From the IMG/VR virus record IMGVR_UViG_3300030328_002383: a stretch of DNA of 64,000 nt, one strand, 5' to 3'. The notes beneath the pieces were generated by a model, which saw only the letters and a list, made by a program, of their open reading frames with translations, had not been told where the DNA came from and made no database searches. The translations under genes and the position numbers were made by a program. Positions 1-9,713 of the stretch are shown here, in pieces (the stretch's first letter is position 1; each line of letters begins with the position of its first letter). This DNA is from an uncultured virus (IMG/VR IMGVR_UViG_3300030328_002383) (taxonomy: Duplodnaviria > Heunggongvirae > Uroviricota > Caudoviricetes).

Positions 1-18
1 AATTTATGATTATGTGAG

Positions 19-576
19 TTGATTAATATGGCAGAAAGACAAAGAGTAATTTTACCGGAAGGAACATCGGGAGACTTCGCAATAAGACATTTTACAATGC
101 AGACCACAGATTATATGTGGGAAACTTATGTAAATATGAAAAACGAAACAGCAGAAGAATATACAGTATTAACTAAAGAAGGGTGCAGTATGCCTATTAT
201 GCAAGATTCTTACGCTGAATATGCAGAACATCAATGGCTTTGGGATAATGCAACAGGAGATGTATTGATAGGCGGTCTAGGAATAGGTTTGGTGCATCAA
301 AAATTAATTGATAATCCTAATGTTACTTCTGTAACTATAATAGAAAACAGCCAAGATGTAATTGATTTAGTTTGGGAACATTGTGCTAAAGATGATACTT
401 TTACCTTAATAAAAGCAGATATAGAAACTTGGAATCCACCGGCAGATTCTTCTTGGGATGTAGGTTGGTTTGATACTTGGGTTTTTGACAATCCATTAAC
501 TATGAAAGCATACAAAGAATTAATGGAAGAAAGATATGGTAGTTATATAACTAATATTGGTAGTTGGTGGGCTTAG
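19..576 (+). CDS. Class I SAM-dependent methyltransferase (spermidine-synthase-like fold)
   Basis: Glycine-rich motif I DVLIGGLGIG, acidic residue after strand 2 (VTIIEN), ADIE and WDVGWFDTW motifs. Confidence 0.75.
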   Translation: MINMAERQRVILPEGTSGDFAIRHFTMQTTDYMWETYVNMKNETAEEYTVLTKEGCSMPIMQDSYAEYAEHQWLWDNATGDVLIGGLGIGLVHQKLIDNPNVTSVTIIENSQDVIDLVWEHCAKDDTFTLIKADIETWNPPADSSWDVGWFDTWVFDNPLTMKAYKELMEERYGSYITNIGSWWA

Positions 577-612
577 ATACACCTTAAATACCCTATGCTA
601 TAATGGTAGTAT

Positions 613-1182
613 ATGTCAGAAATGATGAAACATCCCGCATGGATAATGTGGGAAGAAGCGTTGAGTGAAGAATTAGTGAATGAAATAATTGAGGCGGCAA
701 AGGAAGCCGAGCCTCAAGCGGCATCTACCTTTAGAACAGGTGAAGGTAAAGAAGATAGTCATAGGAAAACACAAATAAGATGGTTACAAGATGAAAAATA
801 CAAACCTCTTACAGAACAAATGATGTGGTATATACAAAAAGCCAATGAACATTTTGATGTAGAAGTATCATATCTACCACCATTACAATTTACAGAATAC
901 AAAGATATAGGCTACCACTATGGAATGCACCATGATATTGATTGGAATAGACAAGATGGAATGCACAGAAAAATAAGTATTGTAGTACAACTATCAGACC
1001 CCGAAGATTATGAAGGTGGCGAATTAACATTTAGTCATACTCAAAATCCCGACCCAGTAGCACTTGCTAAAAAAGGTACAGTAATATGTTTCTTATCTTA
1101 TTTTGAACACGGTGTTGCACCTATTACTAAAGGTAATAGAACAAGCCTAGTAGGATGGGCGGAAGGTCCTCGGTGGAAGTGA
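613..1182 (+). CDS. 2OG-Fe(II) oxygenase (PKHD/prolyl-4-hydroxylase-like)
   Basis: HxD (HHD), RKISIVVQLSDPEDYEGGEL, distal H (EHGVAP) and RTSLVGW motifs. Confidence 0.9.
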   Translation: MSEMMKHPAWIMWEEALSEELVNEIIEAAKEAEPQAASTFRTGEGKEDSHRKTQIRWLQDEKYKPLTEQMMWYIQKANEHFDVEVSYLPPLQFTEYKDIGYHYGMHHDIDWNRQDGMHRKISIVVQLSDPEDYEGGELTFSHTQNPDPVALAKKGTVICFLSYFEHGVAPITKGNRTSLVGWAEGPRWK

Positions 1183-1367
1183 TTTTTTTGGGAGATAGAA
1201 GAATAGGCAAAATAGTGTATATAGCACCCGAAAAGTCATATACTAATGTAAACATTGAAGAGACACTTCATGGGTTCAAGGTCTACAGGAAGGGTAGTGA
1301 TAGGGCATTTACTGTTATACCACACTCTGCCGTTAAACAAGTAATATACGAGCGTGAAGAAAGATGA
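1155..1367 (+). CDS. Small hypothetical beta-rich protein (true start probably slightly downstream)
   Basis: Fills the gap between co-directional genes; stop overlaps the next ATG. Confidence 0.55.
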   Translation: MGGRSSVEVIFLGDRRIGKIVYIAPEKSYTNVNIEETLHGFKVYRKGSDRAFTVIPHSAVKQVIYEREER

Positions 1368-1753
1368 GTAATAATACAACAGCAGAAACGTGCATAAATG
1401 CACTAAACGAAACAATAGACTGTATACCTTTAGAAACATCCTCTTTGTTTGATGATATAGAAGTAATACTAGTTGCAGTAGCCGCATTATTAGGTATACT
1501 TGCATGGGGTATGAAAAAATATAAAGCATTAAACGCAGACGGAAAAATAACTCTTGATGAAGTTATAGATTCTTTAGGTGAAGTAAAAGAAAAGGCTAAA
1601 GAAGTAGAAGCAGAAATAAAGAAGATAGAGAAAACTCTTGATTCACACAATGTTGCTGAACTAAAAGAAATGTTAAAAGAAGCAGGTCTTTCAGTAAAGG
1701 GCAAAAAAGCAGACCTTGTGGCTCGATTAGAAGCACACATGGGTGAGGCTTAG
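1364..1753 (+). CDS. Membrane-anchored protein with C-terminal SAP-like DNA-binding domain
   Basis: TM helix ILVAVAALLGILAWG, coiled coil, SAP pattern HNVAELKEMLKEAGLSVKGKKADLVARL. Confidence 0.75.
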   Translation: MSNNTTAETCINALNETIDCIPLETSSLFDDIEVILVAVAALLGILAWGMKKYKALNADGKITLDEVIDSLGEVKEKAKEVEAEIKKIEKTLDSHNVAELKEMLKEAGLSVKGKKADLVARLEAHMGEA

Positions 1754-1992
1754 TGTCAGAAGATGTTATTTCTCTTAGAATAGATAATTTAGAATCTGTT
1801 ACTGATAGACACGAAAGAACAATTGAACAGTTAGTTCAATCACAAATAGACATGAAAACAGGTCTTACTAAAGTGGCTACTGAGTTAGAAGTAACAAATG
1901 GTCTTATAGCATCTTATATGTCTAATATGCAAAAAGTAATACTAGCATTAATAACAATTGTTGCGGGGGCTATGGGTCTTACACAGGTGTGA
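1753..1992 (+). CDS. Coiled-coil protein with C-terminal TM helix (holin/XhlA-like architecture)
   Basis: Heptad-rich N-terminus; hydrophobic C-terminus VILALITIVAGAMGL. Confidence 0.55.
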   Translation: MSEDVISLRIDNLESVTDRHERTIEQLVQSQIDMKTGLTKVATELEVTNGLIASYMSNMQKVILALITIVAGAMGLTQV

Positions 1993-1996
1993 GTTT

Positions 1997-2194
1997 ATGC
2001 CGACCGAAATGGAAAAATGGAATGCTTGGGTTAGTCAATTAGCAAATAGTATGGCTAACACCTCAGTAAAAGTTAGTAATATTGAAAAGACACTTAACAA
2101 ATATCACAATAAGAATATGCGTATGCTTTGGATAACGCAGTTATTATTAATAGGATTGGTTGGATTAAATGGTTTATTATTGTTCTACAAGTGA
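1997..2194 (+). CDS. Small coiled-coil protein with C-terminal TM helix
   Basis: ATG at 1997 after GGTGTGA; hydrophobic C-terminus. Confidence 0.55.
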   Translation: MPTEMEKWNAWVSQLANSMANTSVKVSNIEKTLNKYHNKNMRMLWITQLLLIGLVGLNGLLLFYK

Positions 2195-2699
2195 TGTCGG
2201 CGGAAGATTAGGACTTAACTCTTCACAAAGACAACAGGCGGGCAGTTTGTTAATATCTGCTATACGCAGGGCTTCTATAGAAATAGAGCAAGTTTACAAT
2301 GATTATGGTAGGGCAAATCCTACAGTAGTAGAAACAACTGCAAACGGTACTGTATCAGTAGGTGCTACTACAATAACACTAACAAGTGCAAGTGCCTTTG
2401 GTACTTCGGGTAGTGGTAATATTGATGGTGATACAATATCTTGGACTGGTAAATCTAGTAATGATTTAACAGGGGTTACAGGGGTTTCTGTTGCACACGC
2501 AACTGGTGTCATAGTACAGTCCGGCGAGTTTGCTCACGTTCTTAGAGAAATATGTGCAGACCTAGCGGCATCGTATTATATGGAAGATGAGGCCACTTTT
2601 CAAACAAGTGGGCCGGAAGGGTCTTTGAGAGGTACAATGCTCAGAGAAAGAGGTAGTGAAAATCTCAAGAGGGTTGCTCATCTCGGTAGTTTTTCTTGA
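2169..2699 (+). CDS. Head-tail adaptor (gp6/gp15-like) with inserted beta domain
   Basis: N-terminal YCSTSDV...AIRRASIEI and C-terminal LREICADLAASY helices typical of adaptors; first gene of the neck/tail cluster. Confidence 0.65.
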   Translation: MVYYCSTSDVGGRLGLNSSQRQQAGSLLISAIRRASIEIEQVYNDYGRANPTVVETTANGTVSVGATTITLTSASAFGTSGSGNIDGDTISWTGKSSNDLTGVTGVSVAHATGVIVQSGEFAHVLREICADLAASYYMEDEATFQTSGPEGSLRGTMLRERGSENLKRVAHLGSFS

Positions 2700-2705
2700 G
2701 GTGAT

Positions 2706-3299
2706 GTGATTATGGATTTCAAAACAAGTAACTTAACCATAGATGTTAGAAACTATATGGAAAGATTTGGTGAAGATGCAGAACGTGAGTTATTCAAACA
2801 ACTTAAAAAAATTGGTGAAGGAGAAGTAAGAAATACTAAGGCTAGACTAACTAGAAGTATTACAGACCAAAAAAGCATGGTTGCTAGAGTAGCAGAAACA
2901 ATAGATGTAGATATAAATATAGGTGAAAAAGGCGGTCAATTAAGATTTGGTTCACGAAGCGAAAGCGGTCAAAACTTTGGTGGTATTAGAGGTAAAAGTA
3001 GAGGGGATAAAGCAGCAAACATTTCAGCGTTGGCTGCTTACGGTAAAGATAGGGCGACACCCTTAACAAAATTAGTTAGAGTAAAAGCAAGTGCTAAAAT
3101 ACAATCCAGTAGAAAGGGTGTAGGTACTAGCACAGGTAGATTAATCGCGTTACCAATAGGTTATATAAGTAGAGAATGGAATCCGGTAGGTGGTAAAGGC
3201 GGTGCGGGTTGGATGGACACAGCAGAAGAAAATATTATCGAAAAAATGGAAAAGATACCGGAGATATTAAAACAAGTTTTTGATGAGGTGAATGTATGA
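2706..3299 (+). CDS. Putative neck/tail-completion protein (HK97 gp10-like position)
   Basis: Basic protein between adaptor and terminator; assigned by synteny only. Confidence 0.4.
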   Translation: MIMDFKTSNLTIDVRNYMERFGEDAERELFKQLKKIGEGEVRNTKARLTRSITDQKSMVARVAETIDVDINIGEKGGQLRFGSRSESGQNFGGIRGKSRGDKAANISALAAYGKDRATPLTKLVRVKASAKIQSSRKGVGTSTGRLIALPIGYISREWNPVGGKGGAGWMDTAEENIIEKMEKIPEILKQVFDEVNV

Positions 3300-4357
3300 G
3301 TGTAGCAACTTCAACACAATACTGGTCGTCAAGATTAACAGGTAATGACCCTACAGAGCCGGTAGGTAATTTTAACGAAGCGTGGACTGGTAGTGCGGGT
3401 TCAGAAGTAAATGATTACTGGGTTATACCTGCTAGTGGAGGGTATTACTCTATTACACCTACAACAACAAGTTATACAATACTTTCATCTGTAATCTATA
3501 CTACTGCACCTAGTAATGATGCAATATTGTTAGAACTAGACAACGGAACAAAAAAGGTACAAGTCAAAGCAACTGGTGATGCTACATCTCTAAAATTAGT
3601 AGGTGCTACTACAACTACAATTACCGATTTAGATATGACAGCCACAGAGATAAATGCCGTACCTACAATACTTAGACTTACTTTAGACGCTAGTGGAAAT
3701 GCTAAACTATACATCAATGAACATATACAAGATGATAATGCAGAAGATATTTACTACAGCGTAAGTGGTGCTACAGGCTCTAGTGCTACTGTCAAATGGG
3801 GTAATAGTAGTGGAGAAATAAAATGGGGGTCAGTTTATTATTCCAAGTTTGGTGCATTTAATCCCGAAGAGTTGATGTCTAGTGACTTTGCTCAAGATGC
3901 CCTTAGTCGTATGGGTTTGTCAATAGTACAAGTTTTAAGAGACAGCGACAAAATGTACCTAAAGACACAAGTTCCCGATTCATCTATAATTTATGGGTAT
4001 GACATATCTTCTAATATGCTTAGTAGATTAAGACCGCCTCTAATTCATGTTATGATAGAAAGACTAAACTCTCCTGAGTTTGATGCGTTGGGAGGTTCTA
4101 GAGTTACACAAATCTACGAAGTATTAATTTTTATAACAACAAAAGGAACAAATTATGAAAATGCTTATCGCTCTTGTTTGAATATAACAGGGGAAGTTTT
4201 TGATGAACTTTATACTAAAACAGGTTTGTTAGGAAGTACAGATAGTATTACAAATTACACTTGTTTATTAGATACTAAAGTTGACCCCGATGAAACAGTA
4301 TGTACTCACAGGTTAGGTTTAACATATATGCGTAAAATAGATATGCGTCATAGATAA
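3296..4357 (+). CDS. Putative tail terminator with N-terminal lectin/ConA-like beta domain
   Basis: Immediately upstream of tail tube; Ser/Thr-rich beta N-terminal half and alpha/beta C-terminal ~150 aa. Confidence 0.5.
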   Translation: MSVATSTQYWSSRLTGNDPTEPVGNFNEAWTGSAGSEVNDYWVIPASGGYYSITPTTTSYTILSSVIYTTAPSNDAILLELDNGTKKVQVKATGDATSLKLVGATTTTITDLDMTATEINAVPTILRLTLDASGNAKLYINEHIQDDNAEDIYYSVSGATGSSATVKWGNSSGEIKWGSVYYSKFGAFNPEELMSSDFAQDALSRMGLSIVQVLRDSDKMYLKTQVPDSSIIYGYDISSNMLSRLRPPLIHVMIERLNSPEFDALGGSRVTQIYEVLIFITTKGTNYENAYRSCLNITGEVFDELYTKTGLLGSTDSITNYTCLLDTKVDPDETVCTHRLGLTYMRKIDMRHR

Positions 4358-4414
4358 GTACATTATATTTAAGTGACACTCTTATCGTAACTATGTTTAC
4401 ATAGAGGGTATAAT

Positions 4415-5668
4415 ATGGTTGAGTTTTTGAATAGATATATTGGACTTCAAATAGAAAACGGCTACGGGGTGGCAGGTTCTACTACTACATACGGCGAAGT
4501 AGATAGTGAAAGCCTACAGCATAAGTTTGAATTGCTTACAAGAAACGATATGACACACCACATGGCTACAAAGTCTGTTGTCGGTACGTCATATTCAGAA
4601 GGTGGAATGGACTTAGCCATTCAATGTGATAATTTCTTCGGGAAAATCTTATCCGGCGTTTGGCCTCATCAACTTACACCTACTGGTACAGACCCATACA
4701 CACACGTTATGTTAGAGCCTACACTTGCAGCCCACACCTACCCTTCTTTTAAGATTACAGTTGGAAGAGAAGAGAAGCAACACACATACACAGGTATGGC
4801 TATTGATACTCTATCTCTTTCTGCTAATGTAGGAGAATATACTATGGCTAGTGTCGGGTTTGTCGGTAAGGCAGAATCCTCTACTGGTGCTTTGCTTGCT
4901 ACATCTGCTATATCATTTTCCGGTGACGCATTAGACGCATTACACTTTGCAGATGGTACAGTAACTTTCAATGACGGTACTGCTGTTGATTCAGAAGTTG
5001 CTACTGGTAAAGTAAAATCCTTTTCATTAGATATATCTATGAATAGAGATACAGATAACGCATACGCTATTGGTAACTCTACATACACATCAATACCTGC
5101 GGCTCAGAGAAGAGAGATAACAGGTACTATCGAGTTCAATCAAGTTGTTTACACGGCTGCTACTGGTACAGACGAGCCAACATACGATAATCTAATAGCA
5201 GCAAACGGTGAAGAATACAGCAGTACAACTTCTTTACCTGCACTAAAATTAAAGTTTACAGATGAAGCAGGTGCAGATTATTTCGAGATTGAACTATATC
5301 ATCTTAGATTTGAAGCACCCGAAGCAAATGTTAGTGGTAGAGATACAAACACTATGACATTAAACTTCGTTGCATTAGGACAACAAGGAAACACAAGAAC
5401 ATTTACTGGTTCAACAAACGGTGGTACTACTATGACCGTAGATGCAGCAAACTGGGATAAAGTAAAGATTGGAGACATTCTTAATTCTTCCGGTGTTACA
5501 GCAGGTACATATGTTGTAGATAAACCAACTGGTACAACACTTATAATAAGTGCTGCGGCATCTACTTCTGCAACAGAAACCGTTACGATTATGCCTAATT
5601 ACACATCATCAGCAGTTACATTGAAAGGTCTAGACTTACAGTCCGGTGTCTACGCACATGACGCATGA
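4415..5668 (+). CDS. Major tail (tube) protein
   Basis: PSFKITVG, YTGMAIDTLSLS, VKSFSLDISMN, RREITGTIEF pattern of phage tail tube proteins; upstream of chaperones and tape measure. Confidence 0.8.
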   Translation: MVEFLNRYIGLQIENGYGVAGSTTTYGEVDSESLQHKFELLTRNDMTHHMATKSVVGTSYSEGGMDLAIQCDNFFGKILSGVWPHQLTPTGTDPYTHVMLEPTLAAHTYPSFKITVGREEKQHTYTGMAIDTLSLSANVGEYTMASVGFVGKAESSTGALLATSAISFSGDALDALHFADGTVTFNDGTAVDSEVATGKVKSFSLDISMNRDTDNAYAIGNSTYTSIPAAQRREITGTIEFNQVVYTAATGTDEPTYDNLIAANGEEYSSTTSLPALKLKFTDEAGADYFEIELYHLRFEAPEANVSGRDTNTMTLNFVALGQQGNTRTFTGSTNGGTTMTVDAANWDKVKIGDILNSSGVTAGTYVVDKPTGTTLIISAAASTSATETVTIMPNYTSSAVTLKGLDLQSGVYAHDA

Positions 5669-5679
5669 GGTGATTAAGT

Positions 5680-5877
5680 ATGGCTAACAACGGTGGTACA
5701 GTAATCGCAGACAAAACTAAGTTGATGGTAAGTGCTTTTACAGGTACAGCAGCAGAAGTACAAACAGCATTTAGGGCTGCAATAGCCAATGCTGATGTAG
5801 TAATTTCTTGTGATACAACAAGAAAGAAAAATACAGAAGTAATTACATTGACCGCAGTATGGTATGATGTAGCATAA
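5680..5877 (+). CDS. Small putative virion protein
   Basis: GAGGTGA RBS; co-directional in the tail operon. Confidence 0.6.
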   Translation: MANNGGTVIADKTKLMVSAFTGTAAEVQTAFRAAIANADVVISCDTTRKKNTEVITLTAVWYDVA

Positions 5878-5893
5878 GTATAAGGTGAGAAAA

Positions 5894-6034
5894 ATGGAAA
5901 CATACGAAGATAACGAAGGAAACATTTGGTCTAAAGAGATGAAAGACGGAAGATTAGTTGAAAAACTTATCGAGAGGAAAAAGAAGGCAGCACCTAAAAA
6001 GAAGGCTGCTAAGAAATCCTCCAAAAAAGAATAA
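5894..6034 (+). CDS. 46-aa protein with Lys/Ala-rich tail (not in ORF track)
   Basis: AGGTGA RBS; METYEDNEGNIWSKEMKDGRLVEKLIERKKKAAPKKKAAKKSSKKE. Confidence 0.65.
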   Translation: METYEDNEGNIWSKEMKDGRLVEKLIERKKKAAPKKKAAKKSSKKE

Positions 6035-6077
6035 GCCTTAAATAACTAATACTTTTTAGTATTGATTAGCGAAGCGA

Positions 6078-6437
6078 GTGGTAACTATGCCAGTAATGAA
6101 GAAAGAGATAGAATTAGAAGATGGAACGAAGATATGGGTAAAGCAAGCCTCCGGTACTAAAAAACTAAAAATACAGGCTATACAATCAAGAGTGTTTAGA
6201 AAGTTCTCACACTTTGGCGACCCTGCTGAATGGACTTTAGAACAGAATGAAGAGTTTGCAGAAGCACTTGATGAAGCAGGTGCAGGTTTTGAAGCACAAG
6301 TAGATACTTGGTTAGGAGACTGTATTATAGATAGTAAACTAAGCATTGATGATTTAACTACAGAAGAACTTATGTTGGTTCTTAACTTTGTAAGAGGGGA
6401 TGACCCCGATGGTGCAGTCCCTTTATTGAGTTCCTAA
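6078..6437 (+). CDS. Tail assembly chaperone (gpG-like)
   Basis: Between tail tube and tape measure; ends at slippery heptamer CCCTTTA. Confidence 0.7.
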   Translation: MVTMPVMKKEIELEDGTKIWVKQASGTKKLKIQAIQSRVFRKFSHFGDPAEWTLEQNEEFAEALDEAGAGFEAQVDTWLGDCIIDSKLSIDDLTTEELMLVLNFVRGDDPDGAVPLLSS

Positions 6438-6454
6438 GAGTAGCCCCGACTCTT
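6419..6454 (+). promoter_or_regulatory. -1 programmed ribosomal frameshift site (C CCT TTA) with downstream hairpin
   Basis: X XXY YYZ heptamer at 6419-6425 in the correct phase; the -1 frame is open into ORF 6458..6739; stem AAGAGT/ACTCTT at 6436-6454. Confidence 0.75.
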
Positions 6455-6457
6455 TGT

Positions 6458-6739
6458 ATGGCTTACAAGGGATTACTGCCTTCTGATTTATGGGGCAAAT
6501 ATGACTGCGAAGGCGGTATGCACAAACTTATTTTAGATTTGAATGTAGCAGCCAATATTAACAAAATGATTAACGAAGCAAGTGGTAAGGCTACAAATCC
6601 TAAAGACGCAGTTGCTCGTAGAAACCAAAAAAGAAAGAAAAGGCAATTGTTAAAGGACAGTAATGATGTCCTCAATACATTGAGAGAAAGCGGCGTTCCT
6701 ATAGTAAGAACCAATAGTGGAGATAAAGTAAATGATTGA
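6458..6739 (+). CDS. Tail assembly chaperone extension (gpT-like, probably expressed by frameshift)
   Basis: In the -1 frame relative to the upstream ORF with no stop back to the slippery site; no clear RBS of its own. Confidence 0.65.
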   Translation: MAYKGLLPSDLWGKYDCEGGMHKLILDLNVAANINKMINEASGKATNPKDAVARRNQKRKKRQLLKDSNDVLNTLRESGVPIVRTNSGDKVND

Positions 6740-9713
6740 TGTATATTTAGTCAGTTCTTTAACCCCTATTGTATTTATAGTTGCTGCTGTAACCATGATA
6801 GTCCTACGGACTGGGGCTTCGATGGTTTTCTTCGATATTGTCGGTACGTTTCAGTCTCAAAGATTAATCAAAGATGCAGGGGCGGCTAGTGTAGCATTAG
6901 AAGGTCTAATGGTAGACGGTTTTGCTAATATGGGTGAAGCCGCAGGTGAACTTAACGAGATATTTGAAGAGATGCACTTATCTTTTGTTCCTCTAGCAGA
7001 AGATATAGAAAGGTCTAGGATTGAGTTTGAAAAGTTTATTGATAACAAAGAAAGAGTTGATGACCTTGCTAGAGCAGTAACTAATATAGGTGCTGAATAT
7101 GGATATGTAGGGGCAGAGGCATTGAAAGCGGGTGCTAGAACTGCACAGTTGACAAGCATATTAGGTGAGGCTGCTGTACCTGCTGCTACTGAGATGGGTA
7201 TAGCATTCGGTATGATTGGTGAGATGGATGCAGAAACCGCTATGACAACTCTAATTAATTTAATGCAGCAAACAGAGTTCGTATTTGATGGTACTACTAA
7301 AGCAGCATATTCACAGATGACAGGTCTTGAAAGAGCAGAGATAGTAACTAAAAACTTTGCTAAAACTCTAAACACACTTAACAGTATTGAAGATAACTCG
7401 GCAAGTAACATGATGCAACTAACTGAGACTTTAGAAAAGTTCGCTGCACAGGGACACCTTACGGGTGAAAGTATTTCTTTCATGGCTGCTATGTCTGCCG
7501 TTTTAGTAGAAGCCGGTGAAGATGCAGGTAAAGCCGGTACAGCCATGAAGATGATTTATGCGAGATTGGGTGGAGACATAAATGGGGCGGCAACCGCATT
7601 ACAAGATATGGGTATAGCAACTCATAGAACAGACGGGTCGCTTCGTTCTCTATCTGAGATTCTAACAGACTTACACGATGCAGGTTTCAAGAATATGTCT
7701 GCCGCAAGAAAACAAGATATAGCATTACAAGTAGCGGGTAATAGACACTATGTTCGATTCCTTAAGTTAGCAGAAAACTTTGACAGGGCTATTCTTTTGA
7801 ATAGTTATGGTATGGAAGGAACGAATGCAGTATTTAAGGAAACTGGTGAAACAACGGGTTATCTTAGTGATAGACTTCAAGAAAATGTGCATATATTAGA
7901 AGTACAAAGAGCAAAATTAGCCAACGTAGAAGCAGAGTTAGGTAAGAAACTTATACCTGCTGAAATAGCAGCAATAAAAACTAATATAGCCATGAAAGAA
8001 AGTTATATTGATATAATGGGTGCTTTGGATAATTTGAATCCCGCTTTAGGAGATACAGCACAATTTTTAGCAGGTTCAAGAAAAATTATATCTGATTCGT
8101 TTGCACCTTTCTTTAACACATATATTGGAATACGTTCTTCTAACCTAGCGTTAATGACTCAGATACAAATTATGAGAGCAGTTAGCGGTCAACGAATCGC
8201 GGGGTTCGATAATGAAATGAAGTTTGCTAGTGCTAGAAATGACATGATAAGACGAGAGAATGATATGGAAGTTTATTCCATGAGGATTATGATGCTTAAG
8301 AGTGGAATGACAGCAGAACAAGCAGCAAAAGAACTTAATGTTTTAGAAGTTAAACGTAAGGGTGTGGAACTTACACTTTTTAATTCTAGATTACAATTAC
8401 AAGAGAGAAAAGTACAGATGGATGGTTTACGCGACCAAATAAAAAGTATTCAATTACAAAGAGAAGAATTGATAAACGCAGAAAAAGAAAATATAGCAAA
8501 TCTTAAAGTTAAACAAAATAAGAAAGAAATTAGAATACTTACTTTAAGGACTAATCTAGAAAAGAAGCAACAACTAGCAAAAGAAATAAGAATGAATACT
8601 GACCTTTCTACAATAGAGCAAAATGCTGCTATACAGAAATTAAATATGGGTAAAGAAGAAGCACAATTGATTAATGCTAAAGCAGCATTAAAAAAGATGG
8701 GTTTGCAGATAGATAAATCCGAAATTAAAATGGGTAATCTACAAACTTATAGGTTGAAAGAAATAGAAAGAATACAGGCAAGAATATCTTTGATTAAAAA
8801 CACCGACAAATCTACTGAAAGAGAACTGCATCTTCTAAACCAACAAATCAGAGCATTACAAACAATAGAAAGTGTAGAAGAAATGGATAGACTTAGCGAC
8901 AGTCTAGGTTTGTTAGGACAAAATGCTTCACAAGCAAAACTAGGTATGGGAGGTCTAAGTATGGATATGAACTTCGCTATGATTGGTATGATGTTGGCTA
9001 CTTCTGCTAGTATGGCTTTAGGGGGTAGTATGAAAGACGGTACTAGGAAAATGAGAATACAGAGAACTGCGGCTATTGCTATGGGTATATCTACATTAAT
9101 GATGACCGTACAGATGGCAGCAGCACAATATCAAATGATTAGATTATCCGGTACAATGATAAATGGTGGTTTGGCTGCTGATAAGGCAGCAGCGTCTAAT
9201 ATGAGACTCGCTGCTTCTAATGCTGCTGTAGCAAAATCAGCCGGTGCTGCGTCTATGGGTATCAGAGGGATGTTAGTAGCAAGCGGTGTAGGTATAGCCG
9301 TATTAGCCCTTTCTTATGGTGTTGCTAGACTAGGTGAATGGTTAGGTTGGTTTGACGTAGCAGTTGACGACACAGTAGAAGGGCTAGATGAACTATTAGA
9401 AATTGGAAATGAAAACACCGCTTGGATTGATGGCTTGACTGATTCTTTATCAGAAGGAGAAGATGCTATGGCTAAGTTTAATGACAGTCGAGAAGAAATG
9501 TTCTATGGGTTCAAAGCAGGTAACACAGTAGGTAGTTTGGTAAAACAAGTTAAACAAGGTGGTGTAGAAAACTTTGTAGCAAATACAGAAGTCATAATGA
9601 CTAACAACTTTAACGGTATGACTACAAGACAGGTAGCAGAGGAAATCATAGAACTTATACAGGATGAAGCAGGTGGTCTAGGTATCAACACAAGTATGGC
9701 GAGTCTAAGGTGA
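6732..9713 (+). CDS. Tail tape measure protein
   Basis: 993 aa, Ala-rich helical; TP901-type core AGKAGTAMKMIYARL...LQDMGIATHRTDGSLRSLSEIL; coiled coil and hydrophobic segments. Confidence 0.9.
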   Translation: MIDVYLVSSLTPIVFIVAAVTMIVLRTGASMVFFDIVGTFQSQRLIKDAGAASVALEGLMVDGFANMGEAAGELNEIFEEMHLSFVPLAEDIERSRIEFEKFIDNKERVDDLARAVTNIGAEYGYVGAEALKAGARTAQLTSILGEAAVPAATEMGIAFGMIGEMDAETAMTTLINLMQQTEFVFDGTTKAAYSQMTGLERAEIVTKNFAKTLNTLNSIEDNSASNMMQLTETLEKFAAQGHLTGESISFMAAMSAVLVEAGEDAGKAGTAMKMIYARLGGDINGAATALQDMGIATHRTDGSLRSLSEILTDLHDAGFKNMSAARKQDIALQVAGNRHYVRFLKLAENFDRAILLNSYGMEGTNAVFKETGETTGYLSDRLQENVHILEVQRAKLANVEAELGKKLIPAEIAAIKTNIAMKESYIDIMGALDNLNPALGDTAQFLAGSRKIISDSFAPFFNTYIGIRSSNLALMTQIQIMRAVSGQRIAGFDNEMKFASARNDMIRRENDMEVYSMRIMMLKSGMTAEQAAKELNVLEVKRKGVELTLFNSRLQLQERKVQMDGLRDQIKSIQLQREELINAEKENIANLKVKQNKKEIRILTLRTNLEKKQQLAKEIRMNTDLSTIEQNAAIQKLNMGKEEAQLINAKAALKKMGLQIDKSEIKMGNLQTYRLKEIERIQARISLIKNTDKSTERELHLLNQQIRALQTIESVEEMDRLSDSLGLLGQNASQAKLGMGGLSMDMNFAMIGMMLATSASMALGGSMKDGTRKMRIQRTAAIAMGISTLMMTVQMAAAQYQMIRLSGTMINGGLAADKAAASNMRLAASNAAVAKSAGAASMGIRGMLVASGVGIAVLALSYGVARLGEWLGWFDVAVDDTVEGLDELLEIGNENTAWIDGLTDSLSEGEDAMAKFNDSREEMFYGFKAGNTVGSLVKQVKQGGVENFVANTEVIMTNNFNGMTTRQVAEEIIELIQDEAGGLGINTSMASLR

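Noticed and set aside
6857..7546. Long antisense ORFs within tape measure, GroEL, PolB and other genes
   Set aside because: Shadow ORFs opposite well-supported genes
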